DNA of 64,000 nt from an uncultured Acetatifactor sp. (GTDB lineage: Bacteria > Bacillota > Clostridia > Lachnospirales > Lachnospiraceae), in assembly GCA_910578995.1 (NCBI GenBank), contig CAJTSY010000007.1, positions 7,194-71,193 of the forward strand, in the 5' to 3' direction. A program made the translations under genes and the position numbers. This document shows, one piece after another, positions 37,350 to 45,356 of this stretch (within the stretch, counting starts at the first letter, position 1; each line of letters starts with the position of its first letter). The notes below the pieces were generated by a model. It had not been told where the DNA came from, ran no database searches, and worked only from the letters and a program-made list of their open reading frames with translations.

Positions 37350-38258
37350 ATGATCGGTGGAGCAGTAGTTGAGGCATTACAAAAATTTGTACCGCGGGAA
37401 AATATTCGCCTACAGGAGCCTATGGCAGGTCATACTACTTTTCGGATAGGGGGACCTGCCGATTGCTTTGTGGAACTGGAGAACGAGGAACAGCTGAAAA
37501 AACTGCGGCGGTACCTGCAAATGACGGGAGTGTCGTTTTTCGTACTGGGGAACGGCAGCAACCTGCTTGTAAGCGACTCGGGATATAAGGGAATCGTACT
37601 GCAGATCGGGCCAAAGATGAGCAGTGTGACAGTGGAGGGAAACCGGATTGTGGCGCAGGCAGGGGCTACCCTGGTGCAGGTGGCCAGGACTGCCATGGAG
37701 CACGGACTGTCGGGACTGGAATTCGCCTCCGGCATCCCGGGCACCGTGGGGGGCGGCGTGGTTATGAACGCCGGCGCCTATGGCGGGGAGATGCGTCAGG
37801 TGGTGACCCAGGTAAATGTGGTGAGCAGGGACGGGGAACTGATGGAACTGGACAATGAAACCATGGAATTTGGCTACCGCACCAGCGTCATCCGAGAGAG
37901 TTCCTTTATTGTGACAGAGGTTACTTTTCGGCTGGAACCAGGTGACAGAGATGTCATAAAGGCGAAGATGGAGGAACTGTCTGCCGGGCGGCGGGAGAAA
38001 CAGCCCCTGGAATACCCCAGTGCGGGAAGCACCTTTAAGCGCCCGGAGGGACATTTTGCCGGACAGCTGATCATGGAAGCAGGATTCAGGGGATTTCAGA
38101 TAGGAGGAGCCAGGGTGTCCGAAAAGCATTGCGGCTTTGTAGTCAATGCGGGAAATGCCACTGCCCGGGATGTGCAGGAAGTAATCGCCCGGATACAGCT
38201 GCGCGTGGAGGAGCAGTTTGGCGTGAAACTGGAGCCGGAGATCATATTTTTGGGCTGA
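37350..38258 (+). CDS. murB: UDP-N-acetylenolpyruvoylglucosamine reductase
   Basis: HTTFRIGGPAD...LGNGSNLLV...AGSTFKRP. Confidence 0.95.
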   Translation: MIGGAVVEALQKFVPRENIRLQEPMAGHTTFRIGGPADCFVELENEEQLKKLRRYLQMTGVSFFVLGNGSNLLVSDSGYKGIVLQIGPKMSSVTVEGNRIVAQAGATLVQVARTAMEHGLSGLEFASGIPGTVGGGVVMNAGAYGGEMRQVVTQVNVVSRDGELMELDNETMEFGYRTSVIRESSFIVTEVTFRLEPGDRDVIKAKMEELSAGRREKQPLEYPSAGSTFKRPEGHFAGQLIMEAGFRGFQIGGARVSEKHCGFVVNAGNATARDVQEVIARIQLRVEEQFGVKLEPEIIFLG

Positions 38259-38282
38259 TGCAGTGCGCAGACCGGAGGACAT

Positions 38283-39149
38283 ATGAGATTTGTAGTTGTT
38301 ACGGGAATGAGCGGCGGCGGCAAAAGCACCGCCCTGAAAATGCTGGAGGATGCCGGATTCTACTGTGTGGACAACCTTCCGGTCTCCCTGGTTGAGAAGT
38401 TTGCGGAGTTGGTCTCCATGCCGGGCGGGGAAGTGAACAAGGTGGCCCTGGGCCTGGATGTGCGTTCGGACCAGTCTTTTACGGATGCCACACGGATCCT
38501 GGAAAAACTGAAAAGTACAGGCTATAAAATAGAGATCCTGTTCATGGATGCCGACGAGAATGTCCTGATTAAGCGCTATAAGGAGACCAGGCGCGTCCAT
38601 CCCCTGGCAGCTGACGGAAGGATAGGGGATGGCATCAGGGCAGAACGGCGCGTACTGGACAGGATCCGGCGCCACTCGGATTATGTGATCGATACCTCCC
38701 ATCTGCTCACAAGGGAGCTGAAGGAGGAGATCGACCGTATTTTTGTGGAGAATGCGGAGTATAATAGCTTAATGGTGACAGTTATGTCATTTGGATTTAA
38801 GCACGGAATACCGGCAGATTCGGATCTGGTTCTGGATGTACGTTTTCTGCCGAATCCATTTTATATAGAAGAACTGAAGCATAAGACCGGAAACGACAGG
38901 GAAGTACAGGAATATGTAATGGGCTTTCCGGAGGCGGAGGAATTTATGACAAAGCTGACCGACATGCTCCGGTTCCTGATTCCCAATTATGTCAGAGAAG
39001 GAAAATACCGCCTGGTGGTCTCCATCGGCTGTACCGGCGGAAAACACAGAAGCGTCACCCTTGCCAACGAGCTTTACAGGCGCATGAAGGATAAGGGAAA
39101 ATATGGAATAAAATTGTATCACCGGGATGTGAACCAACAGGGGAAATAG
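38283..39149 (+). CDS. rapZ: RNase adapter protein RapZ (YvcJ)
   Basis: MRFVVVTGMSGGGKSTALKMLED...GCTGGKHRSV. Confidence 0.95.
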   Translation: MRFVVVTGMSGGGKSTALKMLEDAGFYCVDNLPVSLVEKFAELVSMPGGEVNKVALGLDVRSDQSFTDATRILEKLKSTGYKIEILFMDADENVLIKRYKETRRVHPLAADGRIGDGIRAERRVLDRIRRHSDYVIDTSHLLTRELKEEIDRIFVENAEYNSLMVTVMSFGFKHGIPADSDLVLDVRFLPNPFYIEELKHKTGNDREVQEYVMGFPEAEEFMTKLTDMLRFLIPNYVREGKYRLVVSIGCTGGKHRSVTLANELYRRMKDKGKYGIKLYHRDVNQQGK

Positions 39150-39183
39150 CCTGCAGGGCAGACATTCCGGCCGGGGAGGACAT

Positions 39184-40050
39184 ATGTCATTCTCAAGTGA
39201 GGTTAAGGCGGAACTGGCCGGAAGGGTCAGTCCGGCCAGACATTGCCAGATTGCGGAGCTGGCGGCCCTCATGAATCTGTGCGGTCAATACGGCCGGGAT
39301 GAGAAGGGGGGATTTACCGTTGGATTTCAGACTGAAAATGAAACCGTTGCCAGAAAAGGCTTTACATTATTGAAAAAAACATATAATATAGATACGGACA
39401 GGGTGTTGGACGGGGAGGAAATGCAGGGGCTGCTTGCCAAAGTGGGAGATCTGGACAAGCCTGTGAGTCCCCTTCTGATCAAGAATTCCTGCTGTCAGAG
39501 GGCCTTTCTCAGAGGAGCGTTTCTCAGTGTGGGTTCCATGAGCGATCCGGCCAAAGGATACCATCTGGAATTTGACTGCGTGGACGGAGCAAAGGCGGCA
39601 CAGCTGCGGGAACTGATGAAGGTCTTCGGCATAGAATCCAGGATTATCCGCCGGAAGAAATACCATGTGGTATACCTGAAGGAGGGGGAGGGGATTGTGG
39701 ATCTGCTGAATGTCTGCGAGGCCACCGTATCCCTGATGAACATGGAGAATCTGCGTATTTTGAAGGAGATGCGGAACTCCGTGAACAGGCGGGTGAATTG
39801 TGAGACTGCCAACATTGCGAAGACGGTAAACGCTGCCGCCAGGCAGGTGGAGGATATCGAGTATATCAGGATACATTACGGTTTTCAGAACCTGCCGGAC
39901 AATCTGCGGGAGATGGCGGAGATCAGATTGGAATATCCGGATGTGCCGTTGAAGGAGCTGGGGGAATACTTTGAACCGGTTCTGGGCAAGTCCGGGGTAA
40001 ACCATAGATTACGCAGGCTCAGTGAGCTTGCGGAAAAAATAAGGCTGTAA
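39184..40050 (+). CDS. whiA: DNA-binding protein WhiA
   Basis: MSFSSEVKAEL...RAFLRGAFLSVGSMSDP. C-terminal HTH KSGVNHRLRRL. Confidence 0.9.
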   Translation: MSFSSEVKAELAGRVSPARHCQIAELAALMNLCGQYGRDEKGGFTVGFQTENETVARKGFTLLKKTYNIDTDRVLDGEEMQGLLAKVGDLDKPVSPLLIKNSCCQRAFLRGAFLSVGSMSDPAKGYHLEFDCVDGAKAAQLRELMKVFGIESRIIRRKKYHVVYLKEGEGIVDLLNVCEATVSLMNMENLRILKEMRNSVNRRVNCETANIAKTVNAAARQVEDIEYIRIHYGFQNLPDNLREMAEIRLEYPDVPLKELGEYFEPVLGKSGVNHRLRRLSELAEKIRL

Positions 40051-40084
40051 AGCATGAAAAGAACGGATGGCAAGGAGGAAAGAA

Positions 40085-40357
40085 ATGAAAAAGAAAAGTA
40101 TCGGCATCAGTCTGGAAGATGAGCAGATGGCCAGACACATCGCATTGCTGGTCCAGAAAGCCAGTAAATACGAAAGCGCCATTTATATCCAGTCCGGTGA
40201 GAAAAGGGTAAATGCCAAAAGCATCATGGGTATGATGACGCTGGGACTGGATATCAGCGAAAACCTGGAAATCATGGCTGAAGGTCCTGATGAGGATGCT
40301 GCCGTAGACGGCATTATTGATTTTGTGAGAGGGATAGAAGCCGGATTGAAAGTATGA
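40085..40357 (+). CDS. HPr-family protein lacking His15 (Crh-like)
   Basis: AGGAGG 6 nt before ATG 40085. The Ser46 context VNAKSIMGMMTLG is conserved. The His15 position reads QMAR rather than the canonical HAR. Confidence 0.85.
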   Translation: MKKKSIGISLEDEQMARHIALLVQKASKYESAIYIQSGEKRVNAKSIMGMMTLGLDISENLEIMAEGPDEDAAVDGIIDFVRGIEAGLKV

Positions 40358-41268
40358 ACAAAAAACTGTTATTTGTATACAATCCGAAAGCCGGGAAAGC
40401 GCTTATCAAAAATAAGCTGGCGGATATATTGGACGTCTTTGCAGGGGCCGGATATGAGATTACAGTGGCGCCCACCCGCAGGCAGGGAGATGCCGTGGAG
40501 GCAGTGGCAGGGCGGCGCAGGGAATACGACCTGGTGGTATGCAGCGGAGGCGACGGTACCCTGGATGAAGTGGTAACGGGGATGATCCGGAGCGGGTTCC
40601 GCACTCCCATCGGCTACATTCCGGCAGGCAGTACCAATGATTTCGGCGGAAGCCTTTCCCTGCCGAAGAACATGGTGCAGGCGGCGGAGGTGATCGTGGA
40701 AGGCAGGGATTTTCCCTGCGACATCGGTTCTTTTTCCGACAGTGACGGAGAGGATGTATTTGTGTACATTGCCGCCTTCGGTATTTTTACGGATGTATCC
40801 TATGAAACTGCACAGGACATGAAAAACGTGCTGGGACATATGGCGTATCTGCTGGAAGGAATGAAGAGGCTGTCTTCCATCCGCTCCTACCATGTAAAGG
40901 TCAGCTGGGAGGAAAACGAAGTGGAGGACGATTTCGTCTTCGGCATGGTCACCAATTCAACCTCTGTGGGAGGCTTTAAGAACATTACGGGCAAAAATGT
41001 CCAGATGGACGACGGCGTCTTCGAGGTGACTTTGATCAAGAGTCCCAGAAACCCGGTAGAACTGAATAATATTATGGTGTCCCTGCTGAACCGGGATATT
41101 GACACCAATTCCATATACTCGTTCCGCACCGCGGAGCTGACACTGGAATCGGAAGAACCCCTGGCATGGACCCTGGATGGCGAAAACGGCGGCAGCCATA
41201 CAAAAACAACGATCAGAAATGTATGTAAAGGAATTGACATCAGGGTAGGAAATCCGCCTTCCAAATAG
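40354..41268 (+). CDS. Diacylglycerol/lipid kinase (YegS/BmrU/DagK family)
   Basis: ATGA start/stop overlap with the upstream gene. NPKAGK and GGDGTLDEV motifs. Confidence 0.9.
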   Translation: MNKKLLFVYNPKAGKALIKNKLADILDVFAGAGYEITVAPTRRQGDAVEAVAGRRREYDLVVCSGGDGTLDEVVTGMIRSGFRTPIGYIPAGSTNDFGGSLSLPKNMVQAAEVIVEGRDFPCDIGSFSDSDGEDVFVYIAAFGIFTDVSYETAQDMKNVLGHMAYLLEGMKRLSSIRSYHVKVSWEENEVEDDFVFGMVTNSTSVGGFKNITGKNVQMDDGVFEVTLIKSPRNPVELNNIMVSLLNRDIDTNSIYSFRTAELTLESEEPLAWTLDGENGGSHTKTTIRNVCKGIDIRVGNPPSK

Positions 41269-41361
41269 ACAGGCAGCTGAATCAGATAATAAGCGCTGCG
41301 TGAAGAACCCTGTGCGGGGGAGGCACATGGCGCAAATATATAAAATGGAGGTATTAGAATT

Positions 41362-42225
41362 ATGCTAGTTTCTGCAACAGAAATGCTTAAAAAAGCAAAG
41401 GCAGGCCATTATGCGGTGGGCCAGTTCAACATCAACAACCTGGAGTGGACCAAGTCCATCCTGCTGACTGCCAAGGAGTGCAAGTCCCCCGTGATTCTCG
41501 GCGTGTCCGAGGGCGCAGGCAAGTACATGGGCGGCTACCATGCGGTGGTGGGCATGGTGAACGGCCTGCTGAAGGATCTGGACATTGATGTTCCCGTAGC
41601 CCTTCATCTGGACCATGGTTCCTATGAGCACTGCTATAAGTGCATCGAGGCCGGTTTCTCGTCCGTAATGTTTGACGGATCCCACTATCCCATCGACGAG
41701 AACGTGGCGAAGACCACAGAGTTGGTTGCGGCGGCACACGGAAAGGGAATTTCCATTGAGGCCGAGGTAGGCTCCATCGGCGGAGAAGAAGACGGTGTGG
41801 TAGGCATGGGCGAGTGCGCTGATCCCAAGGAGTGCAAGGCCATCGCTGACCTGGGAGTTGACTTCCTGGCGGCAGGCATCGGCAATATCCACGGCAAATA
41901 TCCCGCTAACTGGAAGGGATTAAGCTTTGAGACCCTGGATGCCGTACAGCAGCTGACAGGGGACATGCCCCTGGTTCTTCACGGCGGCACAGGCATTCCT
42001 GCCGATATGATCAAAAAAGCCATCAGCCTGGGCGTGGCGAAGATCAATGTAAATACTGAGTGCCAGCTGGCCTTTGCCGCAGCTACCCGCAAGTACGTGG
42101 AAGAGGGCAAGGATCTGCAGGGCAAGGGATTTGACCCCCGCAAGCTTCTGGCTCCCGGAGCTGAGGCTATCAAGGCTACCGTAAAGGAGAAGATGGAGTT
42201 ATTTGGTTCTGTAGGCAAGGCCTAA
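41362..42225 (+). CDS. fba: Class II fructose-1,6-bisphosphate aldolase
   Basis: GHYAVGQFNINNLEW...LHLDHGS...HGGTGIP. Confidence 0.95.
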   Translation: MLVSATEMLKKAKAGHYAVGQFNINNLEWTKSILLTAKECKSPVILGVSEGAGKYMGGYHAVVGMVNGLLKDLDIDVPVALHLDHGSYEHCYKCIEAGFSSVMFDGSHYPIDENVAKTTELVAAAHGKGISIEAEVGSIGGEEDGVVGMGECADPKECKAIADLGVDFLAAGIGNIHGKYPANWKGLSFETLDAVQQLTGDMPLVLHGGTGIPADMIKKAISLGVAKINVNTECQLAFAAATRKYVEEGKDLQGKGFDPRKLLAPGAEAIKATVKEKMELFGSVGKA

Positions 42226-42273
42226 TTCATATTTTGTTAACAGATCATTCAATGTATATTTGATTTCTAATCA

Positions 42274-42408
42274 TTGTTTATACATTTCTTATGGATATAC
42301 TATATTCATAAGCAACGAAGACAAAATGAATTAGCAAGCCACAGTTTACAGAATAACTTTTTCATAATTATAGCCAGGGAACCCGGTTCCCTGGCATCCT
42401 CCTTTTTT
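42274..42408 (+). ncRNA. Candidate sRNA unit L: TTGTTT-N16-TATACT promoter, about 100-nt transcript, 9-bp hairpin, AUCCUCC, U6
   Basis: -35 at 42274-42279. -10 at 42296-42301. Hairpin gccagggaa cccgg ttccctggc at 42373-42395. atcctcc at 42396-42402. tttttt at 42403-42408. Confidence 0.4.
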
Positions 42409-42644
42409 AGGGGGGAAATCTGTCCTGTCAGGAATCAGGGAGCCGTCCCGGCCTTCATGCAATATCCCTTGGAAATAGAATAATCTGTATCCATCCTATA
42501 AAAACATGCCGGGACGGAAGGAATGTCGGCGGATCGGGTCGTGCGGGAAAGCGGAGGCCTTTGGTTCTTTCTGGAAACGGAGCCATAAAGCGGCCTGAGA
42601 AAAGGGAGTTATAAAGGTGAATGGGAAAGTTCTAAAAAGAGGTT

Positions 42645-42779
42645 CTGAAAAGGGAGGATGCCAGAGAACTTACGTTCCCTGGCATTATTATGAAAAAGTT
42701 ATTTAGTAAACAGTAACTCTGGTTGGCTGTAGGCTTTTGCTTGATAAAATCAGTATACTGAAAAGAAATGTATAAACAA
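42645..42779 (-). ncRNA. Candidate sRNA unit R, a paralog of unit L on the opposite strand
   Basis: On the minus strand: -35 TTGTTT at 42779-42774, -10 TATACT at 42757-42752 (spacer 16), hairpin at 42683-42660 (gccagggaac gtaa gttctctggc, one G-T pair), then atcctcc and tttt. Confidence 0.4.
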
Positions 42780-42837
42780 TGGTCTTTAATTTAATAATAA
42801 TTTAATGAATTGTTAACAAAACATGAACGCCCTGTAT

Positions 42838-43359
42838 TTAGCAGCATTCCGGCTCCGGATATTCCACCCCGAAGGTGTCCGCAGTCACACTTTCCATAAT
42901 CTGGGGCTCCAGGGGCCGGTCTCCGCCGTCGGTGGGAGTTTCAGCGATCCGGTTTACAACCTCCATGCCCTCCGTCACTTTACCGAAGGCAGCATAGCTT
43001 CCGTCCAGATGGGGCGCGCTCCTGTGCATGATGAAAAACTGGGAGCCCGCGGAATCAGGATGCATGGAGCGGGCCATGGACAGGACTCCGGGTGTGTGTT
43101 TCAGGTCATTTTTGACGCCGTTTCTGGCAAATTCGCCCTTGATGTGATAACCGGGGCCGCCCATGCCGCTTCCTTCGGGACAGCCGCCCTGGATCATGAA
43201 TCCATTGATGACCCGGTGGAAGATAAGGCCGTCGTAGAATTTCTTGTTTACCAGGCTGATGAAATTGTTCACGGAAATGGGAGCGGTCTCCGGGTACAGT
43301 TCAAGACGGATTATTTCCCCGCTTTTCATGGTGATGGTGACAACAGGATTTTTTTCCAT
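42838..43359 (-). CDS. ppiB: Peptidyl-prolyl cis-trans isomerase (cyclophilin type)
   Basis: FHRVINGFMIQGG...GVLSMAR...SQFFI. Confidence 0.95.
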   Translation of the reverse strand: MEKNPVVTITMKSGEIIRLELYPETAPISVNNFISLVNKKFYDGLIFHRVINGFMIQGGCPEGSGMGGPGYHIKGEFARNGVKNDLKHTPGVLSMARSMHPDSAGSQFFIMHRSAPHLDGSYAAFGKVTEGMEVVNRIAETPTDGGDRPLEPQIMESVTADTFGVEYPEPECC

Positions 43360-43457
43360 AATAGATATCCTTTCTGTTTAAAATGAGATATAATGACAAT
43401 TGTACCATGTGATTGTAACCTAAAATGTATCTTTCGTAAAGAGGGAAGTGGATAAAG

Positions 43458-44249
43458 TTGGCATACTTAAAAGAAATTCCCCTTGCCGTTGATGGGGAGA
43501 GGGCAGTGCTGTATGTGACGGACGACGCGGCGGCCGGGGAAGAGCTGCGCAGCCGGGGAGAGGCTGTGATTATCTACCTTCATCCGGAGAACCGGGATCA
43601 AGACTTTTCAGGATTTTTGTTTGCGGTGGAAGATCCGGAGGAGCTGGAGCCTGAATATGTGGAAAGGGCTTACCGCAGGCTGAAGGGGATGCCCTGGAAT
43701 ATTCTGGAGACGGACAGATGCCTGGTGCGGGAGACCATGCCGGAGGATGTGGAGGCTTTTTACCGGATCTACAGCAATCCGGCCATTACGGAGTACATGG
43801 AGGATCTGTATCCGGACAGGGAGCAGGAGAAACGTTACATCCGGGAATATATTGAAAAAGTCTATACCTTTTTCGGTTTCGGCGTGTGGACGGTGGTGGA
43901 GAAGGGAACCGGAGAGGTTATCGGACGTGCGGGCTTTTCCTACCGGGAAGGATTTGAAGATCCGGAACTGGGGTTTATCATCGGAGTACCCTGGCAGCGG
44001 CAGGGATATGCGTGGGAGGTCTGCAGGGCGGTGTTGGCCTATGCTTCGGCGGCCCTGGAATTTCATAAAGTGCAGGCTCTGGTGGAGACGGAGAATCTCC
44101 CGTCTCTGAAACTGTGCGAACGGCTGGGATTCCGGCGCCATTCCCTTGTAACTTTAAACGGCAGGAGCCATTATCTTCTTTTTCTGACCGAATTTGCCGG
44201 GGAAGCCGAAAGTCAGGCAGTCCCGGCAACGGGGGAGGATTTCGGATGA
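43458..44249 (+). CDS. GNAT-family N-acetyltransferase (RimJ/RimL-like) with a roughly 95-aa N-terminal extension
   Basis: TTG start. GNAT core GEVIGRAGF...WQRQGYAWEV...LGFR. Confidence 0.8.
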   Translation: MAYLKEIPLAVDGERAVLYVTDDAAAGEELRSRGEAVIIYLHPENRDQDFSGFLFAVEDPEELEPEYVERAYRRLKGMPWNILETDRCLVRETMPEDVEAFYRIYSNPAITEYMEDLYPDREQEKRYIREYIEKVYTFFGFGVWTVVEKGTGEVIGRAGFSYREGFEDPELGFIIGVPWQRQGYAWEVCRAVLAYASAALEFHKVQALVETENLPSLKLCERLGFRRHSLVTLNGRSHYLLFLTEFAGEAESQAVPATGEDFG

Positions 44250-44375
44250 ATGTCAGGAACAAGGCACCCAGGCCGGGAAGATTGTCTCCACAGGGGGAGG
44301 CTTCCGGAAAAATCCCTGGAAATAAGGCATCCGGCCCGGATGAACGGGCCCCAGTCTGGAATTCGGAGGGGACGG

Positions 44376-44430
44376 GAAAAAGAACAGGGGCTGCCCCGCT
44401 GCGCATGTCTGCGCCTGCGGGACAGCCCCT
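44376..44430 (-). terminator. Terminator hairpin downstream of hflC
   Basis: Stem aggggctg/cagcccct enclosing a GC-rich inner helix, followed by gttcttttt on the minus strand. Confidence 0.6.
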
Positions 44431-44444
44431 TTACGCCATGTCTG

Positions 44445-45317
44445 TCATCGGTTTCCGTAGAAAATCTGTGCGATGGGAGAGTCCGGGGAAAGGATCACGG
44501 TTTTATTTCCGCCCGTCATGGAATTCTTCAGGGCGTCAAGACTTCTCACAAAGGAATAAAATTCCTGCCTGGATTCATCATTGTAGGCCTCGGAGAGGAT
44601 CCGCATATACTCGGCCTCGCCCTCTGATACCAGAATGGCGGCTTCCTTGTCTGCCTCAGAGAGGAGGACGGTGACTTCCTTGTCAGTGGTATTCCGGATG
44701 ATCTGCGCCTCTGAACTTCCCTCCGCGGTATAGGTGGCGGCAATATTGTCGCGCTCGGAGATCATGCGTTCATACACGGCGGCTTTGTTGTCCCCCGGGA
44801 GGTCCAGTTTTTTGGTCTCAAAGGACAGCAGGGCGATGCCGTACTGGTCAAGGGAATTTCCGATATTGGCCAGGATGGCAGCGGACAGTTCCCCGTCCCT
44901 TCCGGAAATCACGTCATCCTGGGTGGTGCTGCTGATGACGTTCTTGGTGGAATTGTACACAATGACATCGAGCCTTCCCTCCGCATTGGTGATGGAGGAA
45001 TTCAGGGTCTGGGCAAATTTCTGGGGATCCGCAATCTTCCACAGGATGTAGCTGTCGCAGATCATGGTCTTCTTGTCGCTGGTGATGACGTCGGAGGAAG
45101 GCAGATCGTACAGCAGCACCTGTTTTGGCAGCTTATCCACGCTCTGGATAAAGGGAACCTTGAAACTGATGCCGGCCTGTGCTACCACATGGTCGATCTT
45201 TCCGAACTGACGGATCAGGCTGTATTCGTTTTCCTGGGTAACCACAATGCTGGACAGTCCCGTGATGAGGGCGGCCAGTACCACAACAATCAGGGCAATT
45301 TTTTTCACGGCTTTCAT
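44445..45317 (-). CDS. hflC: Protease modulator HflC (SPFH/band 7)
   Basis: GGAGG RBS. N-terminal TM. SPFH core directly downstream of hflK. Confidence 0.9.
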   Translation of the reverse strand: MKAVKKIALIVVVLAALITGLSSIVVTQENEYSLIRQFGKIDHVVAQAGISFKVPFIQSVDKLPKQVLLYDLPSSDVITSDKKTMICDSYILWKIADPQKFAQTLNSSITNAEGRLDVIVYNSTKNVISSTTQDDVISGRDGELSAAILANIGNSLDQYGIALLSFETKKLDLPGDNKAAVYERMISERDNIAATYTAEGSSEAQIIRNTTDKEVTVLLSEADKEAAILVSEGEAEYMRILSEAYNDESRQEFYSFVRSLDALKNSMTGGNKTVILSPDSPIAQIFYGNR

Positions 45318-45356
45318 AGATACACCTCCTGGTTTCTATTTGGGGTTATAGTCTGT

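Larger units (their letters stand above)
42226..42837. repeat. Imperfect inverted duplication: arms of about 185 nt (42226-42410 and 42645-42830) flank a roughly 235-nt GC-rich core and fill the whole fba/ppiB spacer
   Basis: Identical blocks occur in both arms (second arm read as reverse complement): ttttgttaaca, cattgtttatacatttctt (19 nt), tatact, aataactttttcataat (17 nt), gccagggaac and ctggcatcctcc. Confidence 0.85.

Noticed and set aside
42274-42483. 69-aa + strand ORF in the fba/ppiB spacer.
   Set aside because: It starts inside the -35 element, runs through the hairpin and T-run, and has no RBS. The translation is low-complexity.
42226-42837. Interpretation as a MITE or IS remnant.
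   Set aside because: There is no transposase, no obvious target-site duplication, and the arms are too diverged for a recently mobile MITE. This is not fully excluded, because copy number elsewhere in the genome is unknown. It is reported as a finding with this caveat.
44114-44674. Two + strand ORFs (125-186 aa) in and beyond the GNAT/hflC spacer.
   Set aside because: They overlap hflC antisense and the terminator. Their translations are Arg/Gly/Pro-rich, and they have no RBS.
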